Positions 31,427 through 40,697 of a stretch of DNA of 64,000 nucleotides are shown here, one piece after another. Source of the DNA: Candidatus Omnitrophota bacterium (GTDB lineage: Bacteria > Omnitrophota > Gorgyraeia > Gygaellales > Profunditerraquicolaceae); NCBI GenBank assembly GCA_026387255.1, contig JAPLMA010000060.1, positions 465 to 64,464 of the forward strand, given 5' to 3'. The notes under the pieces are model-generated. The model was given only the letters and a program-made list of their open reading frames with translations. It had not been told where the DNA came from and searched no databases. Made by a program: the position numbers and the translations under genes. Each line of letters starts with the position of its first letter. Within the stretch, counting starts at the first letter, position 1.

Positions 31427-33235
31427 ATGAAAATATTAGGTATTTCATGTTTTTATCATGATAGCGCGGCTTGTATAGTGAGCGATGGTGAAATTATGGC
31501 TGCTGTGCAAGAGGAACGTTTTACGCGCAAAAAACATGACGCGAGTTTTCCTATAAACGCTATTCGTTATTGCCTCAAAGAGGCAGGGATTAGCGTGAAA
31601 GATCTAGATCTTGTTGCATTTTACGATAAGCCTTTTATTAAGTTTGAGCGTATCTTAGAAACCGCGCTTAGTTATGCCCCAAGTGGAATAAGCCAATTCA
31701 TCCAAGCGATTCCTGTTTGGCTGAAACAGAAACTGTGGGCTCTAGAGATAATCAGAAAAGATTTAGCTTTTAATGGGAAAATTGTTTTTACTGAGCATCA
31801 TGAAGCCCATGCTGCAAGTGCTTTTTATCCTTCTCCTTTTGTAGAAGCCGCGATATTAACTATAGATGGAGTAGGCGAGTGGGAGACGGCCAGCTTTGGT
31901 GTTGGTAAAGGCAATCACTTAGATATTCAGCAGTATCTCCGATTTCCAAATTCATTAGGTTTACTATATTCGGCGTTTACCTATTACGCGGGTTTTAAAG
32001 TAAATTCTGGAGAGTATAAGCTTATGGGGTTAGCTCCTTATGGCCGGCCGCTATATAAAGATATCATTCTTAAGGAGCTGATTGATTTAAAAGATGATGG
32101 TTCTTTTAAGATGAATATGAAATATTTTGGGTTTTGTAATAGTTTGCGCATGACAAATTCGCGTTTTAACCGTTTATTTGGTTTCCCACCCAGAAAGCCA
32201 GAGACAAAAATAACGCAAAAGTTTATGGATATGGCTGCTTCTATTCAGGAAGTAACAGAGGAAATTATGCTTAAGATGGCTGGGCATATTCATAAAGTTA
32301 CTGGTCAAGATAAGTTATGCCTTGCCGGAGGAGTGGCTTTAAATTGCGTAGGTAATGGCCGCATCTTGCGGGAAGGCCCATTTAAGGATATCTGGATACA
32401 ACCAGCAAGTGGAGACGCCGGTGGTGCGTTAGGCGCAGCGCTTCTAGTTTGGCACAAGTATTTGGATAATCACCGCTTTACTGATGGAGTTAATGATTCA
32501 CAAAAAGCTTCTTTGCTTGGCCCATCTTATAGTGATAATTATATTGAAAACTTTTTAAAGAAGCAGAGTATTCCTTATCGGCGCTTAGATTATAATGATA
32601 TTGTAGAAAAAGTTTCTAATTTTATTATTGCGGGCAAGGTTATTGGATGGTTTCAAGGGCGTATAGAGTTTGGGCCGCGAGCCTTAGGTGCAAGAAGCAT
32701 TATTGGTGATGCGCGTAATCCAGATATGCAATCTAAAATGAATATTAAGATAAAGCATCGCGAGTCTTTCCGGCCGTTTGCTCCGACGATCTTAAAGGAA
32801 GAAGTTTCACATTGGTTTGAATTAGACAAAGAAAGCCCTTATATGCTTTTAGTGGCCTGCGTAAAAAATGATAAAAGGCTAGAAGTTTCAGGTGATTTTA
32901 GTGGGTTTGATAAGCTAAAAACTGTGCGTTCATTGATTCCTGCGGTAACCCACGTAGATTATTCTGCCCGGGTGCAAACAATAAAAAAAACTGATCACCC
33001 ACTTTATTATGATCTGCTTCAATCATTTTTCAAGAAGACAGGTTGCCCGGTGATCATAAATACATCTTTTAACGAGAGGGGAGAACCTTTAGTTTTAACC
33101 CCTCAAGATGCCTATAAATGTTTTATGCGTACAGAGATTGATTATTTAATTTTAGGAAATTTCTTAATCGATAAATTAGATCAGCCGGGAACAAATAAAG
33201 ATCTCTCTGAGCAAAGTGAATTTGAATTAGACTAA
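31427..33235 (+). CDS. Carbamoyltransferase (NodU/CmcH family)
   Basis: MKILGISCFYHDSAACIV start, a Kae1/YgjD-like N-terminal domain and a C-terminal carbamoyltransferase domain. Confidence 0.85.
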   Translation: MKILGISCFYHDSAACIVSDGEIMAAVQEERFTRKKHDASFPINAIRYCLKEAGISVKDLDLVAFYDKPFIKFERILETALSYAPSGISQFIQAIPVWLKQKLWALEIIRKDLAFNGKIVFTEHHEAHAASAFYPSPFVEAAILTIDGVGEWETASFGVGKGNHLDIQQYLRFPNSLGLLYSAFTYYAGFKVNSGEYKLMGLAPYGRPLYKDIILKELIDLKDDGSFKMNMKYFGFCNSLRMTNSRFNRLFGFPPRKPETKITQKFMDMAASIQEVTEEIMLKMAGHIHKVTGQDKLCLAGGVALNCVGNGRILREGPFKDIWIQPASGDAGGALGAALLVWHKYLDNHRFTDGVNDSQKASLLGPSYSDNYIENFLKKQSIPYRRLDYNDIVEKVSNFIIAGKVIGWFQGRIEFGPRALGARSIIGDARNPDMQSKMNIKIKHRESFRPFAPTILKEEVSHWFELDKESPYMLLVACVKNDKRLEVSGDFSGFDKLKTVRSLIPAVTHVDYSARVQTIKKTDHPLYYDLLQSFFKKTGCPVIINTSFNERGEPLVLTPQDAYKCFMRTEIDYLILGNFLIDKLDQPGTNKDLSEQSEFELD

Positions 33236-33236
33236 A

Positions 33237-33635
33237 ATGGATAAACTTAAACTGGATAAAATAACTTTAAAACGCTTTGGGTTAACGATGGGGTGGGTTT
33301 TTTTAGCTTTTTGGGGTTTATTTTTCCTTAAGCAGAAATATGCTGTTGCGGGAAATAATCTTTTAGTTTCCTGCGTATTTTTTATAGTGGGATTAGTGCT
33401 TCCCGTTTTATTAAAGCCGATATATGTAATTTGGATGGGGTTTGCTTTTATCTTAGGTTGGATCAATACAAGAATCATCTTAATTATTTTGTTTTATTTA
33501 GTTTTCACACCGCTAGGCTTACTGATGCGTTTATTTAAGATTGATCTATTGAAAAGAAAAAAAAGTGACTCAACGTATTGGAAGAAGAAAGAGAAACTGG
33601 ATTTTAACATTTCGAACTACGAGAGGAGATTTTAG
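33237..33635 (+). CDS. SxtJ-like small membrane protein
   Basis: Three TM segments. Its position after the carbamoyltransferase and before a DUF5989 protein reproduces the sxtI-sxtJ-sxtK-type arrangement. Confidence 0.45.
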   Translation: MDKLKLDKITLKRFGLTMGWVFLAFWGLFFLKQKYAVAGNNLLVSCVFFIVGLVLPVLLKPIYVIWMGFAFILGWINTRIILIILFYLVFTPLGLLMRLFKIDLLKRKKSDSTYWKKKEKLDFNISNYERRF

Positions 33636-33639
33636 GTTG

Positions 33640-33798
33640 ATGAGTAAATTAAGCTTGTTAAAGGAATTTTGGGATTTCTTGAGCGTAAGAAAAAAATGGT
33701 GGTTAGCACCAATAATCGGAATGCTTCTATTGCTGGGGGCGCTTATTTTTTTTACGCAAAGTAGTGCGGTTGCGCCATTTATCTATACATTATTTTAA
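33640..33798 (+). CDS. DUF5989 (SxtK-like) small membrane protein
   Basis: MSKLSLLKEFWDFL..RKKWWL...LLLLGALIFFTQSSAVAPFIYTLF, the characteristic DUF5989 pattern, with a GAGAGGAG RBS. Confidence 0.55.
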   Translation: MSKLSLLKEFWDFLSVRKKWWLAPIIGMLLLLGALIFFTQSSAVAPFIYTLF

Positions 33799-33897
33799 GG
33801 TATATAAGGTTTTATGATCTTAGGATAAGAGTCAGTTTTCTGTGCATGAACATGTTTGGAATGTTTTTTTTGAGGGTAAAGAGATATAAGTTTTAGC

Positions 33898-33926
33898 TTG
33901 CCAAAAATACCTAAAAATAGTAATAT
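33898..33926 (+). promoter_or_regulatory. Promoter TTGCCA, 17 nt, TAATAT (copy 2), positioned to drive the tRNA genes
   Basis: Paralogous to 31318-31346. Confidence 0.55.
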
Positions 33927-34024
33927 ATAGTATTATTTTAGAAACGATTTTGCATTAGCAAAACTGTGGACTCAGGGTCAAATTAGGTAACACTCGGAGT
34001 CAAAATTTACTGCGTAAATTTTTA

Positions 34025-34098
34025 GGGCCCATAGCTCAGTCGGTTAGAGCAGTTGACTCATAATCAATTGGTCCGGGGTTCGAGTCCCTGTGGGCCCA
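34025..34098 (+). tRNA. tRNA-Met (anticodon CAT); elongator or Ile2-lysidine type not resolved
   Basis: Folded manually. Acceptor GGGCCCA/TGGGCCC, D-stem GCTC/GAGC, anticodon stem GTTGA/TCAAT, loop CTCATAA, T-arm CGGGG-TTCGAGT-CCCTG, discriminator A. No CCA is encoded. Confidence 0.85.
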
Positions 34099-34227
34099 TT
34101 AATAAGCTTGTTGGAACACAATTAGAACCCCGGAACAAAAAGGGGTGTGGGGAAAAATTTTCCCCACGTATTCGGGGTAACAGTCCCGATGGAACATCGG
34201 GACGCCATAGGGGCAGAGCCCCTTTGG

Positions 34228-34261
34228 CAATTGGTCCGGGGTTCGAGTCCCTGTGGGCCCA
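34228..34261 (+). repeat. Perfect 34-nt copy of the tRNA-Met 3' portion (positions ~40-73)
   Basis: caattggtccggggttcgagtccctgtgggccca is identical to 34065-34098. Confidence 0.9.
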
Positions 34262-34272
34262 GAATATATTAA

Positions 34273-34346
34273 GGGCGATTGGCTCAGTTGGTTAGAGCGC
34301 CACATTCACATTGTGGATGTCAGAGGTTCGAGTCCTCTATCGCCCA
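34273..34346 (+). tRNA. tRNA-Val (anticodon CAC)
   Basis: Acceptor GGGCGAT/ATCGCCC, anticodon stem CCACA/TGTGG, loop TTCACAT, T-arm AGAGG-TTCGAGT-CCTCT, discriminator A. Confidence 0.85.
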
Positions 34347-34456
34347 TTATTAAAAAATAAATGGTTGATTCGAGTTTTGTCACAATTGATTTTAACGGGA
34401 ATAGAGCGTCCGCCACTAAAACGTTGGCGGACGGGCGCCAAAGTATTAGTGGCGCC

Positions 34457-34513
34457 CGCCACATTCACATTGTGGATGTCAGAGGTTCGAGTCCTCTATC
34501 GCCCATTATTAAA
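34457..34513 (+). repeat. Perfect 57-nt copy of the tRNA-Val 3' portion (anticodon arm to 3' end plus 8 nt of flank)
   Basis: Identical to 34298-34354. It creates the spurious ORF 34311-34583. Confidence 0.9.
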
Positions 34514-34521
34514 GGAGAAAA

Positions 34522-35241
34522 TTGGCAAACATAGATTTAAAAACCCAGATTATCAGTTTAGTAAAGTTACAAAAATTGGATAGCGAGATTTACGTTTTAG
34601 GAAATGAAAGAGCAGCTGCTCCACAAGAGATCAAGGCTTTAGAAGTAGCTTTTGAACTTAAAAAACAGGATCTCGTGACTTTGGAAAAGAAATCTTTAGA
34701 TTTACAAATTCAGCGTAAAGAAAAAGAACTCCAACTTGCCACAAATGCTGAAGGGGTAAAAAAACTTACCGGGCAGTTGTTCTCTTTAAAGACGAATAAA
34801 GAATTTCAACTTATGCAACAGCAGATTGCAGATGCTAAGGCCGATGGGGAGGTAATTGAAGAAAAAATTTTAATCTCTTTTGAGGAATCGGATGTAATCA
34901 AAGCGCAGATTGACTTAGAAAACTCGAAATTAAAGGATGGGGAAAAGATTTTTTTGCAGCAAAAGAAAATGATTGAATCTCGCAGCGAAGAAATAGGCGG
35001 CCGGTTAAACCAGCTAGATGCTCAAAGAAAACAGATTATTCCTGAGATCGATCCTAAAATGTTGCAGGAATATGAGAGAATTTTACATAGCCGGGATGGT
35101 TTAGCCATGGTTGCGGTCAAAGATAATTCTTGCGGGGGATGCCATATGTTAGTACCACCCCAGGTAATTAATTTGATTAAAATGTACGAACATATTATAA
35201 CTTGTGAAGTTTGTAACCGCATTTTGTATATTCAAGAATGA
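34522..35241 (+). CDS. Zinc-ribbon coiled-coil protein (COG1579 family)
   Basis: Long coiled-coil plus a C-terminal CGGCHM...CEVCNRILY zinc ribbon. Confidence 0.6.
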   Translation: MANIDLKTQIISLVKLQKLDSEIYVLGNERAAAPQEIKALEVAFELKKQDLVTLEKKSLDLQIQRKEKELQLATNAEGVKKLTGQLFSLKTNKEFQLMQQQIADAKADGEVIEEKILISFEESDVIKAQIDLENSKLKDGEKIFLQQKKMIESRSEEIGGRLNQLDAQRKQIIPEIDPKMLQEYERILHSRDGLAMVAVKDNSCGGCHMLVPPQVINLIKMYEHIITCEVCNRILYIQE

Positions 35242-35654
35242 GTCATTTAGAAATTTACATTGATGGCGCATCCAAGGGTAACCCGGGGCATAGCGGGGTG
35301 GGAATAGTAATTTATCAAGAGGGTTTACGGATTAAGAAGATCTCAAATTATATCGGCACGGCTACGAACAATGTTGCTGAATACACCGCTCTAATTTATG
35401 CACTCGAAGAAGCATTATTATTAAAAGCTAAGAGTTTAAAAATTAATACCGATAGCCAGCTTTTAGCCCGGCAGTTAAATAAGATTTATAAAGTTAAACA
35501 TGCTGGTATTATAAATCTATATAATCGAGCGGTGCATCTTTTAACGGGTTTTGAAAAAGTTTTAATTAAACATATACCTCGAGAAGAGAACAGTTTGGCG
35601 GATAAATTGGCAACTGAAGCAGTTAAAGTAGCATTAGGGAAATCTTTGATATAA
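35238..35654 (+). CDS. rnhA: Ribonuclease HI
   Basis: IYIDGASKGNPG..GVGIV with the RNase H fold and length. Confidence 0.85.
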   Translation: MSHLEIYIDGASKGNPGHSGVGIVIYQEGLRIKKISNYIGTATNNVAEYTALIYALEEALLLKAKSLKINTDSQLLARQLNKIYKVKHAGIINLYNRAVHLLTGFEKVLIKHIPREENSLADKLATEAVKVALGKSLI

Positions 35655-36041
35655 GCAGGCAGAAGGTGGCTGCCCGTTATTAATTTAATAACGGGAGGAA
35701 AGTCCGGGCTCCAGAGGATAACGTAATGGGTAACCCCCATCCCGTATATATAATGTATACGGAGGATTTCCGCCACAAATCGTGGTGGACTCGCCAATTT
35801 TTTTGGCGGGAGAGCCACAGAGACGAGTATCCGCGCAAGTGGAGAGGTGAAACGCGGCAATCTCTACGTGGAGCAAAGTAGAATAGGAGATGAGTGCTGA
35901 TCCAGCGCGTTTCCCGTTTTAGGCGGGAAGAAATCTCGGGTAAACTGCTAAAGTTACCGTGGTAACGCGGGAATTGAGAGGAATAGCCACTAATTGATGT
36001 GCAGGCAGGCATCAAGACAGAACCCGGCTTATTCTGCTTGC
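35655..36041 (+). ncRNA. rnpB: RNase P RNA (bacterial type A)
   Basis: P4 strands GGAAAGUCCGGGCUCC (35695-35710) and ACAGAACCCGGCUUA (36017-36031). P1 is formed by 35655-35664 pairing with 36032-36041. GC is elevated relative to the surroundings. Confidence 0.9.
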
Positions 36042-36081
36042 TTTAAATAAAAAGTAAAATAGGGAAAAATGAGGAGGAGTT

Positions 36082-36837
36082 ATGTCAGGTCATTCTAAAT
36101 GGAAGACAAATAAAGGTAAAAAAGGTATTGCCGATGCTAAACGCGGCGCTACTTTTACTAAGATTATTAAAGAATTAGTGGTCGTTGCCAGGGATGGCGG
36201 AGGAAATCCTGATTCTAATCCCCGGTTGCGGGCCATAATGGAAAAGGCTAAAAAAGCAAATATGCCGTCGGATAATGTAAAAATGGCCATTAAACGAGGA
36301 ACCGGAGAACTCCCTGGGATCGTTTATGAGGCAGTAATGTATGAAGCTTATGGGCCAGGCGGGGTAGCGATTTTGATTGATTCACTTACGGATAATAAAA
36401 ATCGTACTACTGCTGAGATACGAAATATTATGTCAAAAAAAGGCGGTAACATGGCCGGGGCCGGTTCGGTAAGCTGGATGTTTACGCAAAAAGGTTATGT
36501 CTCGGTGTCAAAAGACACTATCAAAGAGGATGAGTTGATGAATATTGTTCTGGATGCCGGAGCTGAAGATATGCAGCATGAAGGTGATGTTTATGAAATT
36601 TATACTTCGATTCAGGATTTGGAAAAGGTTAAACAAGCACTCCTGGATAAAAGTATTAAGTGGGTGGATGCGGAATTAACCATGATTCCATCATCAACGG
36701 TTAAGGTTACCGGACATGAAGCTAAGCAGGTTTTATCGTTAATAGAAACTCTGGAAGACCATGATGATGTGCAACAGGTATATGCTAATTTTGATATTCC
36801 GGATGAGATTTTAGATGAGGTTGCTTCTGAGGAATGA
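36082..36837 (+). CDS. YebC/PmpR-family transcriptional regulator
   Basis: MSGHSKWKTNKGKKG N-terminus; 251 aa. Confidence 0.9.
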   Translation: MSGHSKWKTNKGKKGIADAKRGATFTKIIKELVVVARDGGGNPDSNPRLRAIMEKAKKANMPSDNVKMAIKRGTGELPGIVYEAVMYEAYGPGGVAILIDSLTDNKNRTTAEIRNIMSKKGGNMAGAGSVSWMFTQKGYVSVSKDTIKEDELMNIVLDAGAEDMQHEGDVYEIYTSIQDLEKVKQALLDKSIKWVDAELTMIPSSTVKVTGHEAKQVLSLIETLEDHDDVQQVYANFDIPDEILDEVASEE

Positions 36838-37316
36838 TTATCGTCGGGATTGATCCGGCTTTAGCCGTTAGCGGTTACGGTGTTATTCAGGTTAATAAAT
36901 CAACCCTGACTTTAATTGAGGCGGGGATAATAAAAACTCACGCCAAAGAATCTACCCCTGCGCGGTTGAATAGAATATACCGAGGGGTGCTCAAATTAAT
37001 TACTGATACTGGAGCGGATTGTTTGGTGCTGGAAAAAATATTTTCTCATTATAAGCATCCGGCTACTGCTTGTATTTTAGGCCAAGCCAGAGGAGTGATT
37101 TGTTTGGCAGCCTTTAGCTCAAAGCTGCCTTTTTTTGAATACTCGGCAACGCGCGTTAAGAAAGCGATCGTGGGAAAAGGATTGGCATCTAAAGCTCAGG
37201 TGCAAAGAATGGTTACGCATACTTTAGGATTAAAAACTTCTGTTTCTTATTTGGATGTTACTGATGCCTTGGCGTTAGCCATAGCGCATAGTTATATTAT
37301 GAAAGTAAAATTATGA
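36834..37316 (+). CDS. ruvC: Holliday junction resolvase RuvC
   Basis: IIVGIDPAL...GYGV start with the RuvC length, sitting before ruvA. Confidence 0.9.
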   Translation: MIIVGIDPALAVSGYGVIQVNKSTLTLIEAGIIKTHAKESTPARLNRIYRGVLKLITDTGADCLVLEKIFSHYKHPATACILGQARGVICLAAFSSKLPFFEYSATRVKKAIVGKGLASKAQVQRMVTHTLGLKTSVSYLDVTDALALAIAHSYIMKVKL

Positions 37317-37936
37317 TTTCTCGAATTTCAGGCCGCGTTACGGAAAAAGGATCAAATTATCTAGTTTTGGATTTAAATGGACTAAGTTATGAAGTTTTTA
37401 TTCCTGCTTGTGTTATGCAGGGGCTGGATAGTGCGCTGGGTTCTAAGGGTGAGATTTCCCTGCTCACCTATCATTATTATCAGGTTGAACAAACCAAGAG
37501 CATACCTATTCTAATCGGTTTTCTAAACCAAGTAGAAAAAGATTTTTTCGAGATATTTATTACGGTTTCCGGTATTGGGCCGCGGGCGGCTTTGAAGGCT
37601 TTAAATAAGCCCATCTCTTTAATTGCCAAGGCGATTGATGAGGGTGATTTAGTTTCTTTAAAATCACTTCCCGGTATCGGTGAACAAAGAGCTAAAGAAA
37701 TCGTGGCTAAGCTTCAAAATAAAGTAGGTAAATTCGGCTTGATTCAAGACCGCACAAGTAAACAAAAGATTGCCGATAAAAATATATCTGAAGAAGCTTT
37801 AGATGTTTTATTGCAGCTGGAATACAAAAGGAACGAAGCCTTGGAAATGATTAAGAAAGTTTTGGAGATAAATTCTGGAATTAATTCCACGGAAGAATTA
37901 TTGAATTTAGTCTATAAACAAAAAAAACTTAAGTAG
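37313..37936 (+). CDS. ruvA: Holliday junction branch-migration protein RuvA
   Basis: MISRISG N-terminus and a helix-hairpin-helix domain (LKSLPGIGEQRAKEI). Confidence 0.85.
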   Translation: MISRISGRVTEKGSNYLVLDLNGLSYEVFIPACVMQGLDSALGSKGEISLLTYHYYQVEQTKSIPILIGFLNQVEKDFFEIFITVSGIGPRAALKALNKPISLIAKAIDEGDLVSLKSLPGIGEQRAKEIVAKLQNKVGKFGLIQDRTSKQKIADKNISEEALDVLLQLEYKRNEALEMIKKVLEINSGINSTEELLNLVYKQKKLK

Positions 37937-37944
37937 AAAGAAAA

Positions 37945-38553
37945 ATGGAAGAGAATAACTTAAAATCAGTGATTGAAGCTTTAATCTTTGCCTCCGAAAA
38001 GCCCATTACCACGGAGCAAATAAAAAAAGTTTTAGATAACTTAGATTCCTTGAGTGTAAACAAGATTATTACGGAATTAAAAAATGATTACCAGGCACAG
38101 TCTAGAGGCCTGCGGATAGTTGAGATTGCGGGTGGATTTCAGATGACTACCTGTAGTGATTTTGCTCCGTTCTTAAAAAAACTTTTTAAAAATCGCTATA
38201 GCGATAAGTTGTCTAAGCCTGCTTTGGAATCTCTGGCGATTATTGCCTATAAGCAGCCGCTCACTAAAAGCGAGATTGAATCTTTGAGAAATGTAAATGT
38301 TGACGGAGTGATGAAAAGCCTGATTGATAAAAATTTAATTCGTATTTGCGGTAGAAAGAAGATTCCTGGCCGCCCATTTGTATATGGCACTACCCGGGAA
38401 TTTCTGGAGCATTTTGGCTTAAAATCTCTTACCGATCTGCCAAAGATGGAAGATTTTACAGTCTTAGCTCAAGAGAAAGAAGCCCAAGTTGATATTGAGC
38501 CAATTACCCAAGGAGATCTGGAGGTTAAAAATGAGTCTGGAAAAATTGCGTAA
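37945..38553 (+). CDS. scpB: Segregation and condensation protein B
   Basis: Tandem winged-helix ScpB pattern (IEALIFAS..P, PLTKSEIESLR). Confidence 0.8.
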   Translation: MEENNLKSVIEALIFASEKPITTEQIKKVLDNLDSLSVNKIITELKNDYQAQSRGLRIVEIAGGFQMTTCSDFAPFLKKLFKNRYSDKLSKPALESLAIIAYKQPLTKSEIESLRNVNVDGVMKSLIDKNLIRICGRKKIPGRPFVYGTTREFLEHFGLKSLTDLPKMEDFTVLAQEKEAQVDIEPITQGDLEVKNESGKIA

Positions 38554-39592
38554 AAGAATTGATCTGCTTGATCAAAAATTAATTAATTTATTAAATCTAC
38601 GCGCTGCGGTAACTAAAGATATCGGCAAAATTAAAATTAATAGCGGAAAAAATATTTACGTGCCGGAAAGAGAGATACAGGTATTAAATAGGATTGCTGG
38701 TTTAAATAAAGGGCCTTTAAAAAAAAGTGCATTGGAAGCGATTTATCGTGAGGTAATGAGTGCTAGCTTAGCATTGGAAAAACCATTAAAGATTGCTTAT
38801 CTTGGCCCGCAGGCGAGTTTTACTCATCTCGCCGCGATTAAAAAATTTGGTTCACAGGTTAGTTATGTCGCCTGTAATAGTATTACGGATGTTTTTTCGG
38901 AGGTGGAAAAGGGTGGCGCGGATTATGGTGTGGTGCCTATAGAAAATTCAATTGAGGGGGCAGTGAGTTATACTCTGGATGTTTTTGTGGATTCTGAATT
39001 AAAGATTTGTTCGCAGATAATCTTAGAAGTAACCCATAATCTACTCGCTAACTGTGCAAAGAACAAGATTCGTAATGTTTATTCGATTCCTCAAGTTTTC
39101 GGGCAGTGCCGTATCTGGTTGCAGAAGAATTTACCCAATGCCCAATTGGTGGATGTTTCTAGCACTACGCGCGGCGCAGAAATGGCTAAAAAAGAAAAAT
39201 CTAGCGCCGCGATTGCTTCGCTTCTGGCTTCTAAGGTTTATGGCCTAAAAGTGTTGGCCAGCGGTATTCAAGACTCTGCGCATAATGTCACCCGCTTTCT
39301 GGTGGTGGGTAGAAATATTGCCACCCGTACAGGGAAAGATAAGACAAGTTTGTTTTTTTTGATTAAAGACCGGGTAGGCGCTTTATATGAAATGCTCCTG
39401 CCGTTTCGTAAATACGGGGTTAATCTTACTAAAATCGAATCCCGGCCTTCAAAGAAGAAGGCTTGGGAGTATTATTTTTTTGTAGATATTTTGGGTCACC
39501 AGGATGATGCTTTAATCAAAAAAGCACTAAAGGAATTAGAGCGTAAGTGTAGTTATTTAAAAATATTAGGTTCTTATCCGATTGGAGAATAA
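38531..39592 (+). CDS. pheA: Chorismate mutase / prephenate dehydratase
   Basis: CM domain (LRKRIDLLDQKLINLL), PDT domain (IAYLGPQASFTH) and a C-terminal ACT domain. ATG at 38531 preceded by GGAGG. Confidence 0.85.
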   Translation: MSLEKLRKRIDLLDQKLINLLNLRAAVTKDIGKIKINSGKNIYVPEREIQVLNRIAGLNKGPLKKSALEAIYREVMSASLALEKPLKIAYLGPQASFTHLAAIKKFGSQVSYVACNSITDVFSEVEKGGADYGVVPIENSIEGAVSYTLDVFVDSELKICSQIILEVTHNLLANCAKNKIRNVYSIPQVFGQCRIWLQKNLPNAQLVDVSSTTRGAEMAKKEKSSAAIASLLASKVYGLKVLASGIQDSAHNVTRFLVVGRNIATRTGKDKTSLFFLIKDRVGALYEMLLPFRKYGVNLTKIESRPSKKKAWEYYFFVDILGHQDDALIKKALKELERKCSYLKILGSYPIGE

Positions 39593-40697
39593 ACTAAAAG
39601 TGAAAGCATTAATTCGTAAAAGTGTTTTAGGCGTGAATCCTTATCTTCCCGGTAAACCAATCGAGGAAACCAAACGGCAGTTAGGATTAAAAGAGGTGAT
39701 TAAGTTGGCTTCCAATGAAAATCCATGGGGTCCGTCACCAAAAGCGATAAGTGCGATTAAAAGATCTTTGTCCGGAATTAACCGTTACCCGGATGCTCAA
39801 GGATTTTATTTAAAAAAACGTTTGGCTAAATTTTTTGGATTAATTCCAGGAAATTTTGTTTTAGGTAATGGTTCGGATGAGTTGATTGATATAGTGATTA
39901 AGACTTTTATGGAGGCGGATGAAAATATTGTTACTTCCGAAGGCACTTTTTTAGAATATGAGATTATTGCCCAAGTTAATGATCGTAAAGTTAAAAAAGC
40001 ACCATTATGCTATTTTAAATATGATTTGGGGGCAATGTTAAAGCTAGTGGATAAAAAGACAAAGTTGGTTTTTATTGCCAATCCCAATAATCCCACCGGA
40101 ACCTATGTTAGTAAAAATGAGGTTGCCCAATTTATAAATGCGCTACCGGAAGGAGTGGTGGTTGTTTTTGATGAAGCTTATGATACATTTATCGACGTAG
40201 ATGATTATCCGGATTCTTTGAGCTATCTAAAAAATAAAAAAAAGATTATTATCCTACGGACATTTTCTAAAGCCTACGGTTTAGCCGGGTTGCGTTTGGG
40301 TTACGCGATTGCCGCACCACAGCTAGTAACTTACCTGGAACGCATTCGACAGCCGTTTAATGTTAATCTTTTAGCTCAGGTGGCCGGATTAGCCGCTTTA
40401 GAGGATAAAGTTTTTCTAAGCAAAACCCGCCGCCTAACTTTAGAGGGTAAAGATTTTATGTACCAGGAGCTCTCTAGAATGGGTTTAAGATATGTGCCTT
40501 CAGTAACAAATTTTATTTTAATCGATGTAGGGCGCAATAGCCAAGAGATATTTAAGGCTTGCCTTAAGTTTGGAGTGATTATCCGGGAAATGCGCCAATA
40601 TGGCTTGACTAATTTTATCCGTGTAACTATCGGCACCCAAAAAGAAAATAAAAAATTCCTGAGTGTTTTAAGCAAAATTATAAAGGAGTCAAACTAA
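39582..40697 (+). CDS. hisC: Histidinol-phosphate / aromatic aminotransferase
   Basis: Class II aminotransferase pattern (ANPNNPTG, TFSKAYGLAGLRLGY). Confidence 0.8.
   Translation: MENKLKVKALIRKSVLGVNPYLPGKPIEETKRQLGLKEVIKLASNENPWGPSPKAISAIKRSLSGINRYPDAQGFYLKKRLAKFFGLIPGNFVLGNGSDELIDIVIKTFMEADENIVTSEGTFLEYEIIAQVNDRKVKKAPLCYFKYDLGAMLKLVDKKTKLVFIANPNNPTGTYVSKNEVAQFINALPEGVVVVFDEAYDTFIDVDDYPDSLSYLKNKKKIIILRTFSKAYGLAGLRLGYAIAAPQLVTYLERIRQPFNVNLLAQVAGLAALEDKVFLSKTRRLTLEGKDFMYQELSRMGLRYVPSVTNFILIDVGRNSQEIFKACLKFGVIIREMRQYGLTNFIRVTIGTQKENKKFLSVLSKIIKESN

Noticed and set aside
34311-34583. 90-aa ORF with an internally repeated peptide
   Set aside because: It is produced entirely by the tRNA-Val gene and its duplicated 3' fragment read in a protein frame, so it is not a gene.
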